A stretch of DNA of 61,536 bases from Campylobacterota bacterium. Lineage in GTDB: Bacteria; Campylobacterota; Campylobacteria; Campylobacterales; Sulfurimonadaceae. Location: positions 1-61,536 of the forward strand of contig VCAY01000003.1 of assembly GCA_013607635.1 (NCBI GenBank). Reading direction: 5' to 3'. Shown here one piece after another: positions 42,576 to 50,905 of this stretch; positions within the stretch are counted from its first letter, which is position 1; the number at the start of each line of letters is the position of its first letter. The position numbers and the translations under genes were made by a program. Under the pieces are notes generated by a model. It made no database searches and had not been told where the DNA came from. It saw only the letters and a list, made by a program, of their open reading frames with translations.

Positions 42576-43789
42576 TACTGAATACTCATCGAAAAGATTG
42601 GCAAAAGCATTGCTGCAACAATAAAACCGATAGAACCACCCACAAAAAGCATCAGAGAGGGCTCAAGAAGTGTGAGCAAAAAGGCAAGTTTATCTCTGTT
42701 TTCCTCAAAATAAAGCTCAGAGACATTACTAAGCACACTCTCAACCTCCGAGGTCTCCTCCCCAAGGGCGATCGCTTGTATAAAAGTATCATCGATCTTC
42801 ACACTGCTGTGATGCAGTGCCAAAGAGAGCAGTTTCCCCTCAACCACCTGTTTACTCGCATCTACAAACAACTTTTTGATCACCTTATTGCTTAAGATAT
42901 TTGCACTAAGATTAATAGTCTGCACAAAAGGTACACCCGATCGGGTTAAAAGTGCCGCAATATACGAAAAACGTGCAAGTTCACTTTTTAACACAAGTTT
43001 TCCAAAAAGCGGCAATTTTAAAATGGTGTAATCTACCAAATATGCAAAACGGTACACCTTTTTTCGCAACAACGAAAAGAGTGCTACAAAAACAAAAATG
43101 ATCACCAAAATAATCTGAAAATTATTGGAGAAAAAATCCCCCAAAGCGATCACAAACTGTGTCGGTTTAGGGAGGTCTTGATCCATACTTGCAAAGATCC
43201 CTGTAATCTGCGGTACCACATAGGTAAGCATAAAAGCGATCATCACCAAAGAGAGCACAATCATAAAACTAGGATACGCGAATGCACTCTTGATCTCTTT
43301 GGTGATGCGATCTTGCTCTTTTAAAAAGCGTGAAAGCTCCAAAAGCACCTCATCAAGTATGCCCCCATTTTCACTTACACGGATCGACTCGACATAAAAA
43401 TCGGGAAGTGCTACGACATCCTGCTTTCTCAAAGCAGCATAAAAATTCTCCCCCTCATCAAGATGGGTGTTGAGTGTTGTGATGAAAAGTTTTAGCTTTT
43501 TGTTACTCTCATAATGTGAAGCAACAATCTTCAGCGCTGCAACCACACTCATCCCAGAGCGTATATACATCGCCAGCTCCCGCGAGAGATTTGCCAGATC
43601 TTTAGCGCTTATCTTGTAGCGTTTTTTAAACTTCAGTTTTTCATAAAACGGCAAAGAGTCCTCTTCTAAAAAGCTGTAGATGATCCCTTTGGCGCGAAGT
43701 TTCGCTTTTGCTTCATCGATCGTGGCAGCTTCTAGGCGGTCTTTAACATTTTTACCGTTTTTGTCTATCCCTTTATATTTAAAGATCAT
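42575..43789 (-). CDS. gspF: Type II secretion inner-membrane platform protein GspF
   Basis: FKYKGID-G, AFAYP, YVVPQ, SGVP, GEET, LLEP, AMLLPI. Confidence 0.92.
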   Translation of the reverse strand: MIFKYKGIDKNGKNVKDRLEAATIDEAKAKLRAKGIIYSFLEEDSLPFYEKLKFKKRYKISAKDLANLSRELAMYIRSGMSVVAALKIVASHYESNKKLKLFITTLNTHLDEGENFYAALRKQDVVALPDFYVESIRVSENGGILDEVLLELSRFLKEQDRITKEIKSAFAYPSFMIVLSLVMIAFMLTYVVPQITGIFASMDQDLPKPTQFVIALGDFFSNNFQIILVIIFVFVALFSLLRKKVYRFAYLVDYTILKLPLFGKLVLKSELARFSYIAALLTRSGVPFVQTINLSANILSNKVIKKLFVDASKQVVEGKLLSLALHHSSVKIDDTFIQAIALGEETSEVESVLSNVSELYFEENRDKLAFLLTLLEPSLMLFVGGSIGFIVAAMLLPIFSMSIQ

Positions 43790-44307
43790 TGCATCACTTC
43801 TTGTTTTGTTTTCTCTTTCGCATCTTGAAGATCTTCGAGAGTCTCATACACCTTAAGATCACTAAAAGGATCGGTATAATCATACACTTTCCCATCATCT
43901 TCGATGTAATACTGTTGCGTTACTCCCTCTTTAAAAAACTTGAAACTAAAACAGAGTTCCTCCTCTAGCCCCTCTTTATCAAAAAAAAGTTCAGGGATCA
44001 CCTCCTGCATTCCAAAAGTTTGATCGTAGCGGTAGATCCGTACATCTTTACTTACCAACTTTGGCAAATCAGCTCTTTTCACACCATCAACATACAACTC
44101 ACAACGCTCACAATCCTCAAAGCATAACACCTGTGCCCCATTTGCTTCACCAAGAAACTTAGCAACATAACTCTTGAGTGTTTGAAGAGTTAATTGCTCT
44201 GCTTCTTGATTATTAACAGTGTGAAGTTTGGTTATTACCAGAGTGTACACCACTCCGATAATAACGATCACAATGAGTAGCTCAATGAGTGAAAAACCCT
44301 TTTTCAA
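43786..44307 (-). CDS. Minor pseudopilin (GspH-like)
   Basis: KG|FSLIELLIVIVIIG prepilin signal; directly after gspG. Confidence 0.72.
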   Translation of the reverse strand: MKKGFSLIELLIVIVIIGVVYTLVITKLHTVNNQEAEQLTLQTLKSYVAKFLGEANGAQVLCFEDCERCELYVDGVKRADLPKLVSKDVRIYRYDQTFGMQEVIPELFFDKEGLEEELCFSFKFFKEGVTQQYYIEDDGKVYDYTDPFSDLKVYETLEDLQDAKEKTKQEVMQ

Positions 44308-44310
44308 AAC

Positions 44311-44700
44311 CTACTTACACTCACTTAGCTTAATGTCGGCAGCTTCGTTTTTACCACCCTCTTTTTTATCTGCTCCAAGAGAGATCAGTTCGATCTTACC
44401 ATCGTTGTTGATGTAGATAAACTCATTGCCCCACGAGTCTTTTGGCATCTTACCATCTTTAAAATACTTGCCTGAGTGTGTAAGTGCTTGAAGCCCCTCC
44501 TCTGTTGAAGGGTAAACACTGTTGTCTATCTTATACATATCAAGTGCACCGTTGTAGATCGATTTCATCTGTACACACACAAGATCACGTTTAGCCTGTT
44601 CACCCTTACCTGTAAGGCTAGGCATAACCATAGCCGCCAAAAGCCCTAAAATGACGATAACAATCATCAACTCTATCAAAGAGAATGCGTTTCTTTTCAT
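44311..44700 (-). CDS. gspG: Major pseudopilin GspG
   Basis: NA|[42 protein letters not shown]. Confidence 0.93.
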   Translation of the reverse strand: MKRNAFSLIELMIVIVILGLLAAMVMPSLTGKGEQAKRDLVCVQMKSIYNGALDMYKIDNSVYPSTEEGLQALTHSGKYFKDGKMPKDSWGNEFIYINNDGKIELISLGADKKEGGKNEAADIKLSECK

Positions 44701-44889
44701 TTATCATTGCCTTTAAAAATTATATAAGCAGTATTATATAGAAGTTTCATGAAAAACACATAAAGCATCTGTTTTGCCTAGTCAATATCATTTCAGACTC
44801 TATCCTATAAAATTTTTTATAGTAAACACAATATTAAATTTAATATTTTCATGTTAGAATTGTGTGAAATTCGCGACAAGGATAAACGA

Positions 44890-46092
44890 ATGAAAAGGTT
44901 ACTTATACCAACTTCCACTTTATTGCTGTTGAGTTTGACAGGATGTGGTGGTTCAAGTTCAGATACAGCAGATAACAGTGCAACAGACCAGACAGGCTAC
45001 TTTGTAGATGCTGGTGTTAAAGGAGTAAGCTACACAGGCTCAGCAGGCTCTAGTGGTATTACAGGAGATGGTGGTTCTTTCTCCTATAAAACAGGTGAAA
45101 AAATCACATTCAAACTTGGCGGTGTAACCTTAGGAGAGGTCAATGCTTCAAAACTGGTTTCTCCAGTAGATTTTGGAAGTGCAAATACCAAAACAAACTT
45201 AGTTCGTTTTTTAATAACCTTAGATAGTGACGGTAATGCTTCTAATGGTATTACAATAGATAGTACTACACAATCACTTGCGAACAACTGGAAAAATGTC
45301 AATTTTGATCTGGCTCCATCAGCTTTTAATACAAATGTATCATCTGAAATCAATGCATCCTTTGCAAATAACTTGGTAACGACTACAGCTGCGGACAATC
45401 ATCTTCTTGGAAGTTTACAGTGTGCTTACAGTGGAGGGTACCTTGGAACATGGAGCGGTACCGATAGTAGCGGTGCTCCTGTTAGTGGTACTCTTGGCAT
45501 AATGGTTAATGCCAACGGCTCTGTTTATACTGCTGGAAAACAAAACAATGACCCAACAGTTTTTTATAGTACAGGTGGAGCGCAAGACCCACTTACAAAA
45601 AAAACGACCATCAACGGTGTTGTCATAGGTGCGACTTCCACAACATTTGAATCGAATGCAACTTTTGAGAGTGTCGATAAGATCACTGGAAGCTATTCGG
45701 TTGTGGCATCTGCAACTCTTGGTGGCAGCGGAACACTAACGGCAACGAGGGTAGGAAGTTCTGCTACAGCAGTTTACCGTTTTACCGGGATGTCGTTTGA
45801 AAGCACAGACCCTACTGTTCCATCAGGTGTCTTTACTATAGATATAGATGCTTCAGGCAGTGTAACAGGTGGTGTATATGATATGGAAACAAATAGTGTA
45901 TCAGTCTATCTTAGTGGAACTATTTCTGGAAACAGTTTAACTAATATCGTTCTTAAGGATAGTGCCGGAACACAAGTTGGTAGCATTACGGCAGGAACTG
46001 TTGATTTAGCAAATGGAACTCTTTCGGGAGTTCAGTGGACTCAAGGTAGTTTTAGTGGAACAGTCACAGGTTCAGGTTGTCGCCTAAACTAA
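44890..46092 (+). CDS. Ser/Thr/Gly-rich lipoprotein of unknown function
   Basis: SD AAGGA, signal II with lipobox LTG|C, CGGSSS tether, beta-rich mature part; start moved to ATG 44890. Confidence 0.85.
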   Translation: MKRLLIPTSTLLLLSLTGCGGSSSDTADNSATDQTGYFVDAGVKGVSYTGSAGSSGITGDGGSFSYKTGEKITFKLGGVTLGEVNASKLVSPVDFGSANTKTNLVRFLITLDSDGNASNGITIDSTTQSLANNWKNVNFDLAPSAFNTNVSSEINASFANNLVTTTAADNHLLGSLQCAYSGGYLGTWSGTDSSGAPVSGTLGIMVNANGSVYTAGKQNNDPTVFYSTGGAQDPLTKKTTINGVVIGATSTTFESNATFESVDKITGSYSVVASATLGGSGTLTATRVGSSATAVYRFTGMSFESTDPTVPSGVFTIDIDASGSVTGGVYDMETNSVSVYLSGTISGNSLTNIVLKDSAGTQVGSITAGTVDLANGTLSGVQWTQGSFSGTVTGSGCRLN

Positions 46093-46117
46093 ACCTCTCA
46101 GTGCTCTTTAAAAAAAG

Positions 46118-46152
46118 AGGTTCTTGCATGCAACTTATGCATGCAAGAACCT
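46118..46152. terminator. Perfect 15-bp inverted repeat between convergent genes (probable bidirectional terminator)
   Basis: AGGTTCTTGCATGCA-actta-TGCATGCAAGAACCT. Confidence 0.7.
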
Positions 46153-46182
46153 AATAGAAGGATTAGTTGCCCCTCTTGGCTA

Positions 46183-46600
46183 CTATACCCGTTTTAAAAG
46201 CACAAAACTCTTCTTCAAGAAGCCCTGTGTTTCATAAAACTTATGTGTATCTTCTCTTTGAAATCCCGATGAGAGTACGATATTCTCACACGCTGCCATC
46301 TTTGCATAATCTTGTAAATAATCCAGCATCATCTTCCCATACCCCCCTTGATCGAAACGCCGTATCGGTAACAAGTTCATGGATAAACAGATGGCGTTTA
46401 TGATAGAGGTTAATCTCTACTCGAACACCGGCATAAGTGATCAGTTTATCCCTCTCAAAAATTCCGATCATTGTGTAGTTGGAATCTCGCATATCATAGA
46501 TGAGATCTTCAAACTCTTGATAGTGCAGATCGGTACGCAGTTGTGAAACCACCTCCCATGCAACATCCAACTCTTTTAAATTTAATTCTCGTATTTGCAT
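46183..46600 (-). pseudogene. GNAT acetyltransferase with a +1 frameshift at a G6 tract
   Basis: N-half (..LFIHELVTD-AFRSRG) and C-half (GYGKMML..AHKFY-like THKFYETQGF) lie in different frames and join at C6 46342-46347. Confidence 0.8.
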
Positions 46601-46621
46601 AACGCTATTTTAACCTTATTT

Positions 46622-46630
46622 TGCTATAAT
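46622..46630 (+). promoter_or_regulatory. Extended -10 promoter of the ABC-F gene
   Basis: TGcTATAAT 36 nt upstream of ATG 46667. Confidence 0.6.
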
Positions 46631-46666
46631 CCGCTGAAAATCTTACAATATACAGGCAATCTCACT

Positions 46667-48274
46667 ATGGTAACAGTACAAAATCTTACAATGCGATACG
46701 GAAACAGAATTCTGTTTCAAGATATCAACCTTAAACTTGACCGCAACAAGCGCTACGGTCTTATCGGTGCAAACGGTGCAGGTAAAACAACCTTTTTAAA
46801 GATCCTCTCAGGAGAGATCAACGAGTACGAGGGGGAGGTGATCATCCCCGATGCGTATAAAGTGGGCGTTTTAGGGCAAAACCAATACGCTTTTGAAGAT
46901 TTTACCATCATGGATGCCGTGCTTTATGGCAACAAAAGACTCTATGATGCGATCAAAGAGAAAGAAGACCTTTATGTCAACGGTGACTTTGAAGATGATG
47001 CGACCAACAACCGCCTCGCCGAGCTTGAAACCATCTGTGTCGAGGAGGATCCAACCTACGAGTACGATGTCAACATCACCAAGATTTTGGAAAATGTCGG
47101 CATTCCTGCTGAGTTGCATCAAGAGAAGATGAGTGTTTTAGACAGTGCTGACAAATTTAAGGTACTTTTGGCTCAAGTGCTTTACCCAAAACCAGATGTC
47201 CTTTTTCTCGATGAGCCTACCAACAACCTCGATATTGAGACAATCAGCTGGCTCGAACATGAACTGCAGCGCCACGAGGGAACAATGGTAGTGATCTCTC
47301 ACGACAGACACTTCCTTAATGCGGTAGTTACCAACATCCTCGATGTTGATTACCAAAAGATCCGTGAGTTTACCGGAAACTATGATGACTGGTACATCGC
47401 AGCCAATGTTTTAGCAAAACAACAGGAGCTTGAAAACGCGAAAAAACTCAAAGAAAAAGAGCAGCTTGAAGCGTTTGTACGCAGATTTAGCGCCAACGCT
47501 TCTAAAGCAAAACAGGCAACATCAAGACAAAAACAGCTTGAGAAACTCCAAATCGAAGATATCAAACCATCTTCAAGACGCGACCCTTCGATCGTTTTTA
47601 AGGCAAAAAGACAGATGGGTGATGAAGCGCTTAATGTGATCGATGTTTGCCACTCTTACGGTGAGAATGAAGTGCTTAAGGGTATCTCTTTTAAAGTCAA
47701 TCCGGGTGAAAAGATCGCCCTCATCGGTGGTAATGGTGTTGGTAAAACAACCTTAATGAAGATCCTTATGGAGGAGATGCAACCAAGTTGCGGCGGTAAG
47801 GTGCAGTGGGGAGCTACAATCGAGAACTCCTATTTTCCACAAAACACAACCGATATCATCGAGGGTGACGGTACACTTTATGACTGGCTTCGAGCGTTTG
47901 ATCCAAAACGTGACATTGCAGAGATTCGCAACTGTCTTGGGCGTATGCTTTTTAGCGGTGAACAGCAAGAGAAATCTGTTGTCTCGATCTCAGGTGGAGA
48001 AAAACACCGTATGATGCTCTCAAAGATGATGTTAGAGGGTGGAAACTTCTTGCTTCTTGATGAGCCTACCAACCACCTTGACCTTGAAGCGATCGTTGCC
48101 CTTGGTGAAGCACTGCACAACTTTGACGGCAATGTAATCTGTGTCTCACACGACCGTGAGTTACTTGATGCATTTGCTACACGTATCATCGAACTTCATG
48201 GTGATGGCACATACATAGATTTTGAAGGCTCTTACGAAGAGTTTGCACAGGCAAAAGAGGCAGGAAAAATCTAA
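46667..48274 (+). CDS. ABC-F family ATPase (YbiT-like)
   Basis: Two ABC domains (GANGAGKT, GGNGVGKT), LDEPTN twice, linker RFSANASKAKQATSR, no TM helices. Confidence 0.93.
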   Translation: MVTVQNLTMRYGNRILFQDINLKLDRNKRYGLIGANGAGKTTFLKILSGEINEYEGEVIIPDAYKVGVLGQNQYAFEDFTIMDAVLYGNKRLYDAIKEKEDLYVNGDFEDDATNNRLAELETICVEEDPTYEYDVNITKILENVGIPAELHQEKMSVLDSADKFKVLLAQVLYPKPDVLFLDEPTNNLDIETISWLEHELQRHEGTMVVISHDRHFLNAVVTNILDVDYQKIREFTGNYDDWYIAANVLAKQQELENAKKLKEKEQLEAFVRRFSANASKAKQATSRQKQLEKLQIEDIKPSSRRDPSIVFKAKRQMGDEALNVIDVCHSYGENEVLKGISFKVNPGEKIALIGGNGVGKTTLMKILMEEMQPSCGGKVQWGATIENSYFPQNTTDIIEGDGTLYDWLRAFDPKRDIAEIRNCLGRMLFSGEQQEKSVVSISGGEKHRMMLSKMMLEGGNFLLLDEPTNHLDLEAIVALGEALHNFDGNVICVSHDRELLDAFATRIIELHGDGTYIDFEGSYEEFAQAKEAGKI

Positions 48275-49125
48275 TGGCAGAGTATAAAGATTTTCTGGGA
48301 CTAGGGATCGCCGGTAACTTTGCACTGCACTTGGCTCAAGCGGGTGAGCTGGAAGATTTTAAAGATGTGATCACCGAAGATGAGGCAGCACCAAAGGGGA
48401 TCTTCCCTTTTTATCTGCCTTGTGAGAAAAACAGTAAAGATGAACGCCCTCGCGATATGCTCTTTACCTATCCACTCTCAAGCGATACGCTCAGACTGCC
48501 AAACAAAGAGCTCAATGTTCAAGCGGAACCGGAAGTAGCGCTTGTTTGTGACCTTACCTATAAAGATGGTAAGCTTGTGCATATCGATCCAATCGAATTT
48601 GGTGCTTATAACGATGTATCGATCCGTGTTGCTGGAGCAGAGAAGATTAGTGATAAAAAAAACTGGGGTGTAAACACCAAAGGGATTGCAACAGACCTCA
48701 TCCCAATCGATAGTTTTGAAGAGGGTGGCAATGTTGATGCTTACTCTATCTGCAGTTTTATCCGCCGTGATAGCAAAGTACTAGCGTATGGAGAAAATGT
48801 TGAACTCACAGGATACAGTTACTTTTATCAAAAACTACTTGATTGGATCATCAACCAGATCAACACCCAAGAAGATTTTGGTCCACTTGAGGATATTAAA
48901 AGCTACATTAGTGCTTGTAACAACCCAAACAAGCTCATTATCAGCATTGGCGCAACACGCTACACCCCTTATGGCGAGAATACCTACTTGCAAGATGGTG
49001 ATGCAGTGCTTGTAGCGGTGTATAACCACAACCGCTACACCTACGAAGATATCCAAACAATCTTTGAAGATCAAAACTACAACCAACCAGCCCTTAGCAT
49101 CTTAGAGCAAAAAGTGACTCTCTAG
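48274..49125 (+). CDS. DUF5718-like protein, possibly fumarylacetoacetate-hydrolase fold
   Basis: GIAGNFA-HL-QAGE, EPEVAL, AYND-SIR, KKNWG, ISIGATRY. Confidence 0.65.
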   Translation: MAEYKDFLGLGIAGNFALHLAQAGELEDFKDVITEDEAAPKGIFPFYLPCEKNSKDERPRDMLFTYPLSSDTLRLPNKELNVQAEPEVALVCDLTYKDGKLVHIDPIEFGAYNDVSIRVAGAEKISDKKNWGVNTKGIATDLIPIDSFEEGGNVDAYSICSFIRRDSKVLAYGENVELTGYSYFYQKLLDWIINQINTQEDFGPLEDIKSYISACNNPNKLIISIGATRYTPYGENTYLQDGDAVLVAVYNHNRYTYEDIQTIFEDQNYNQPALSILEQKVTL

Positions 49126-49146
49126 TGGCACGAGGTGAATTGGAAC

Positions 49147-50388
49147 CTAAGCACTGACACTTTTTGCTTTGCTAACCTTAGTGGTGATGCAATATCTATC
49201 ACGCCCGCTCTCTTTAGCAGTGTAAAGCATCTCATCTGCTTTTGTGATCAAGATCTCATTATCGAGTACATCATCTGCAACACAACAAGCAACCCCAATG
49301 GAGATTGTCACCACATTGCTTACTTTCGATTTTTCATGACGCAGTTCGCGTTGCTTGACAGATTCACAAATATTTCTTGCTAATGTTGCACTATCAGATT
49401 CATTTGTAGCGCTTAAAATTACTCCAAACTCTTCACCCCCTAGCCTAAAAACATAATCACTTGGGCGCTTGAGTGTATCTTTGAGTACCTTTGCTACACT
49501 TTTGAGTGCAAAATCCCCCTCAACATGTCCATAAGTATCGTTATACTGTTTAAAAAAGTCGATATCAAGAATCATAAAGGTGATATAACTCTTATCACGC
49601 TTCGCACGCCCCAGCTCTCTTTCATAAATATGATTAAAATAGCGTCTGTTGTAAAGTCCTGTAAGGCTATCTGTATAGGAAGCATTTTCAAGTTTCTTGT
49701 TGGTCACCTTCAACCTTTTAACAACTTTTTCAAGCTTGCTGTGATCCTCTTGAATACTTCTAAAAACATAAAGTGAGATCGATACAACCATCATCACAAC
49801 GAGTGCCAAGGTACCACCGATCTGCTTCATAATACTCTCATATTTACTCAAAAAAACCTTACGTTCATACTTAGCAACATCTGTTTCATAGTTGATCAGT
49901 TTTTTTAAGACGGCATCAACACTACTCACTCTTTGCTCTACATTTTGGACCATCACACTCTCTATACTATCTTTTTGTTGGATAGTTGCTGCTATTTGTA
50001 AAAACAGCTCATTTGCGACTTGCAACTCCATTGCAACATACGCAACATACTCCATCTCCTCTTCACTTTTATAATGGGAGGTGTAGCTGTGCCATTTTTT
50101 ATTGATCTTAAGAAGTGATTTTTTGATCTGGTAGTATGCCTGTTGCGCACTCATCTCCTGACGACTTGCTTTATGTATGGTAGAAAGTACCCCTGCATAG
50201 TAGGTGTGGGTGATCTCATTTAGCTCCATCACAGGGATAAGTGATCCAAAATATAAAGCATCAACATTGCGCTTCATCGCGTTGATATAGCTTGTACCGA
50301 CAATACCTATAAAGATCAGTCCAAACGTAACAAACAAAAAGAAAAAAAAGAGCTTACTGCGCAATTTTAAAGCTTGTATAAAATGCAA
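49147..50388 (-). CDS. Membrane-bound diguanylate cyclase
   Basis: Two TM helices around a helical periplasmic sensor; DIDFFK-YND-YGH, RxxD I-site (RPSD), GGEEF. Confidence 0.93.
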   Translation of the reverse strand: MHFIQALKLRSKLFFFFLFVTFGLIFIGIVGTSYINAMKRNVDALYFGSLIPVMELNEITHTYYAGVLSTIHKASRQEMSAQQAYYQIKKSLLKINKKWHSYTSHYKSEEEMEYVAYVAMELQVANELFLQIAATIQQKDSIESVMVQNVEQRVSSVDAVLKKLINYETDVAKYERKVFLSKYESIMKQIGGTLALVVMMVVSISLYVFRSIQEDHSKLEKVVKRLKVTNKKLENASYTDSLTGLYNRRYFNHIYERELGRAKRDKSYITFMILDIDFFKQYNDTYGHVEGDFALKSVAKVLKDTLKRPSDYVFRLGGEEFGVILSATNESDSATLARNICESVKQRELRHEKSKVSNVVTISIGVACCVADDVLDNEILITKADEMLYTAKESGRDRYCITTKVSKAKSVSA

Positions 50389-50461
50389 TCCCTCTCCTTT
50401 TTTATAGTATTAAGCACTTTTTGTGCCACAAAGCGTTAAAATTGCAAAAAAAGAGAAGATC

Positions 50462-50905
50462 ATGGATGCAGCATCAATTACAGCAGATAGATATTTAGAT
50501 ACTTTTGAGATCCAAGAGCACCTCAAAAATGTAGAGTATATCGTTATGGCAACACCTGCACCTGAGAAATACATACAAACACCCCTACATTTTACCCTTT
50601 TTTTAAATACGGCAGACAACCTTCCCAAAGAGATCCAAGAGGCGATCTTGGAGAAGTTTTGTGCCGATCACAACATCACAAACCCCCAAGAGGTACTCAG
50701 CCAGCTTATGCCGGTAGGGTTTGCCATCAGTAAAGCACAAGACACCCCAATGCCGATGCTTTTAATCAAACAACAAGACAGAGCCGCCATACCAAATGTG
50801 CCGATGCATGTGATCGACTTTTTGGGAGATTCTGATCAGTTTTATGAAGCAAAAGTGAAAAACCTCACAGGGTGGAGTTACATTTACGAACAAGACAGAG
50901 CGTAA
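50462..50905 (+). CDS. Hypothetical protein
   Basis: 147-aa ORF with typical codon usage filling the gap; start probably ATG 50462. Confidence 0.7.
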   Translation: MDAASITADRYLDTFEIQEHLKNVEYIVMATPAPEKYIQTPLHFTLFLNTADNLPKEIQEAILEKFCADHNITNPQEVLSQLMPVGFAISKAQDTPMPMLLIKQQDRAAIPNVPMHVIDFLGDSDQFYEAKVKNLTGWSYIYEQDRA

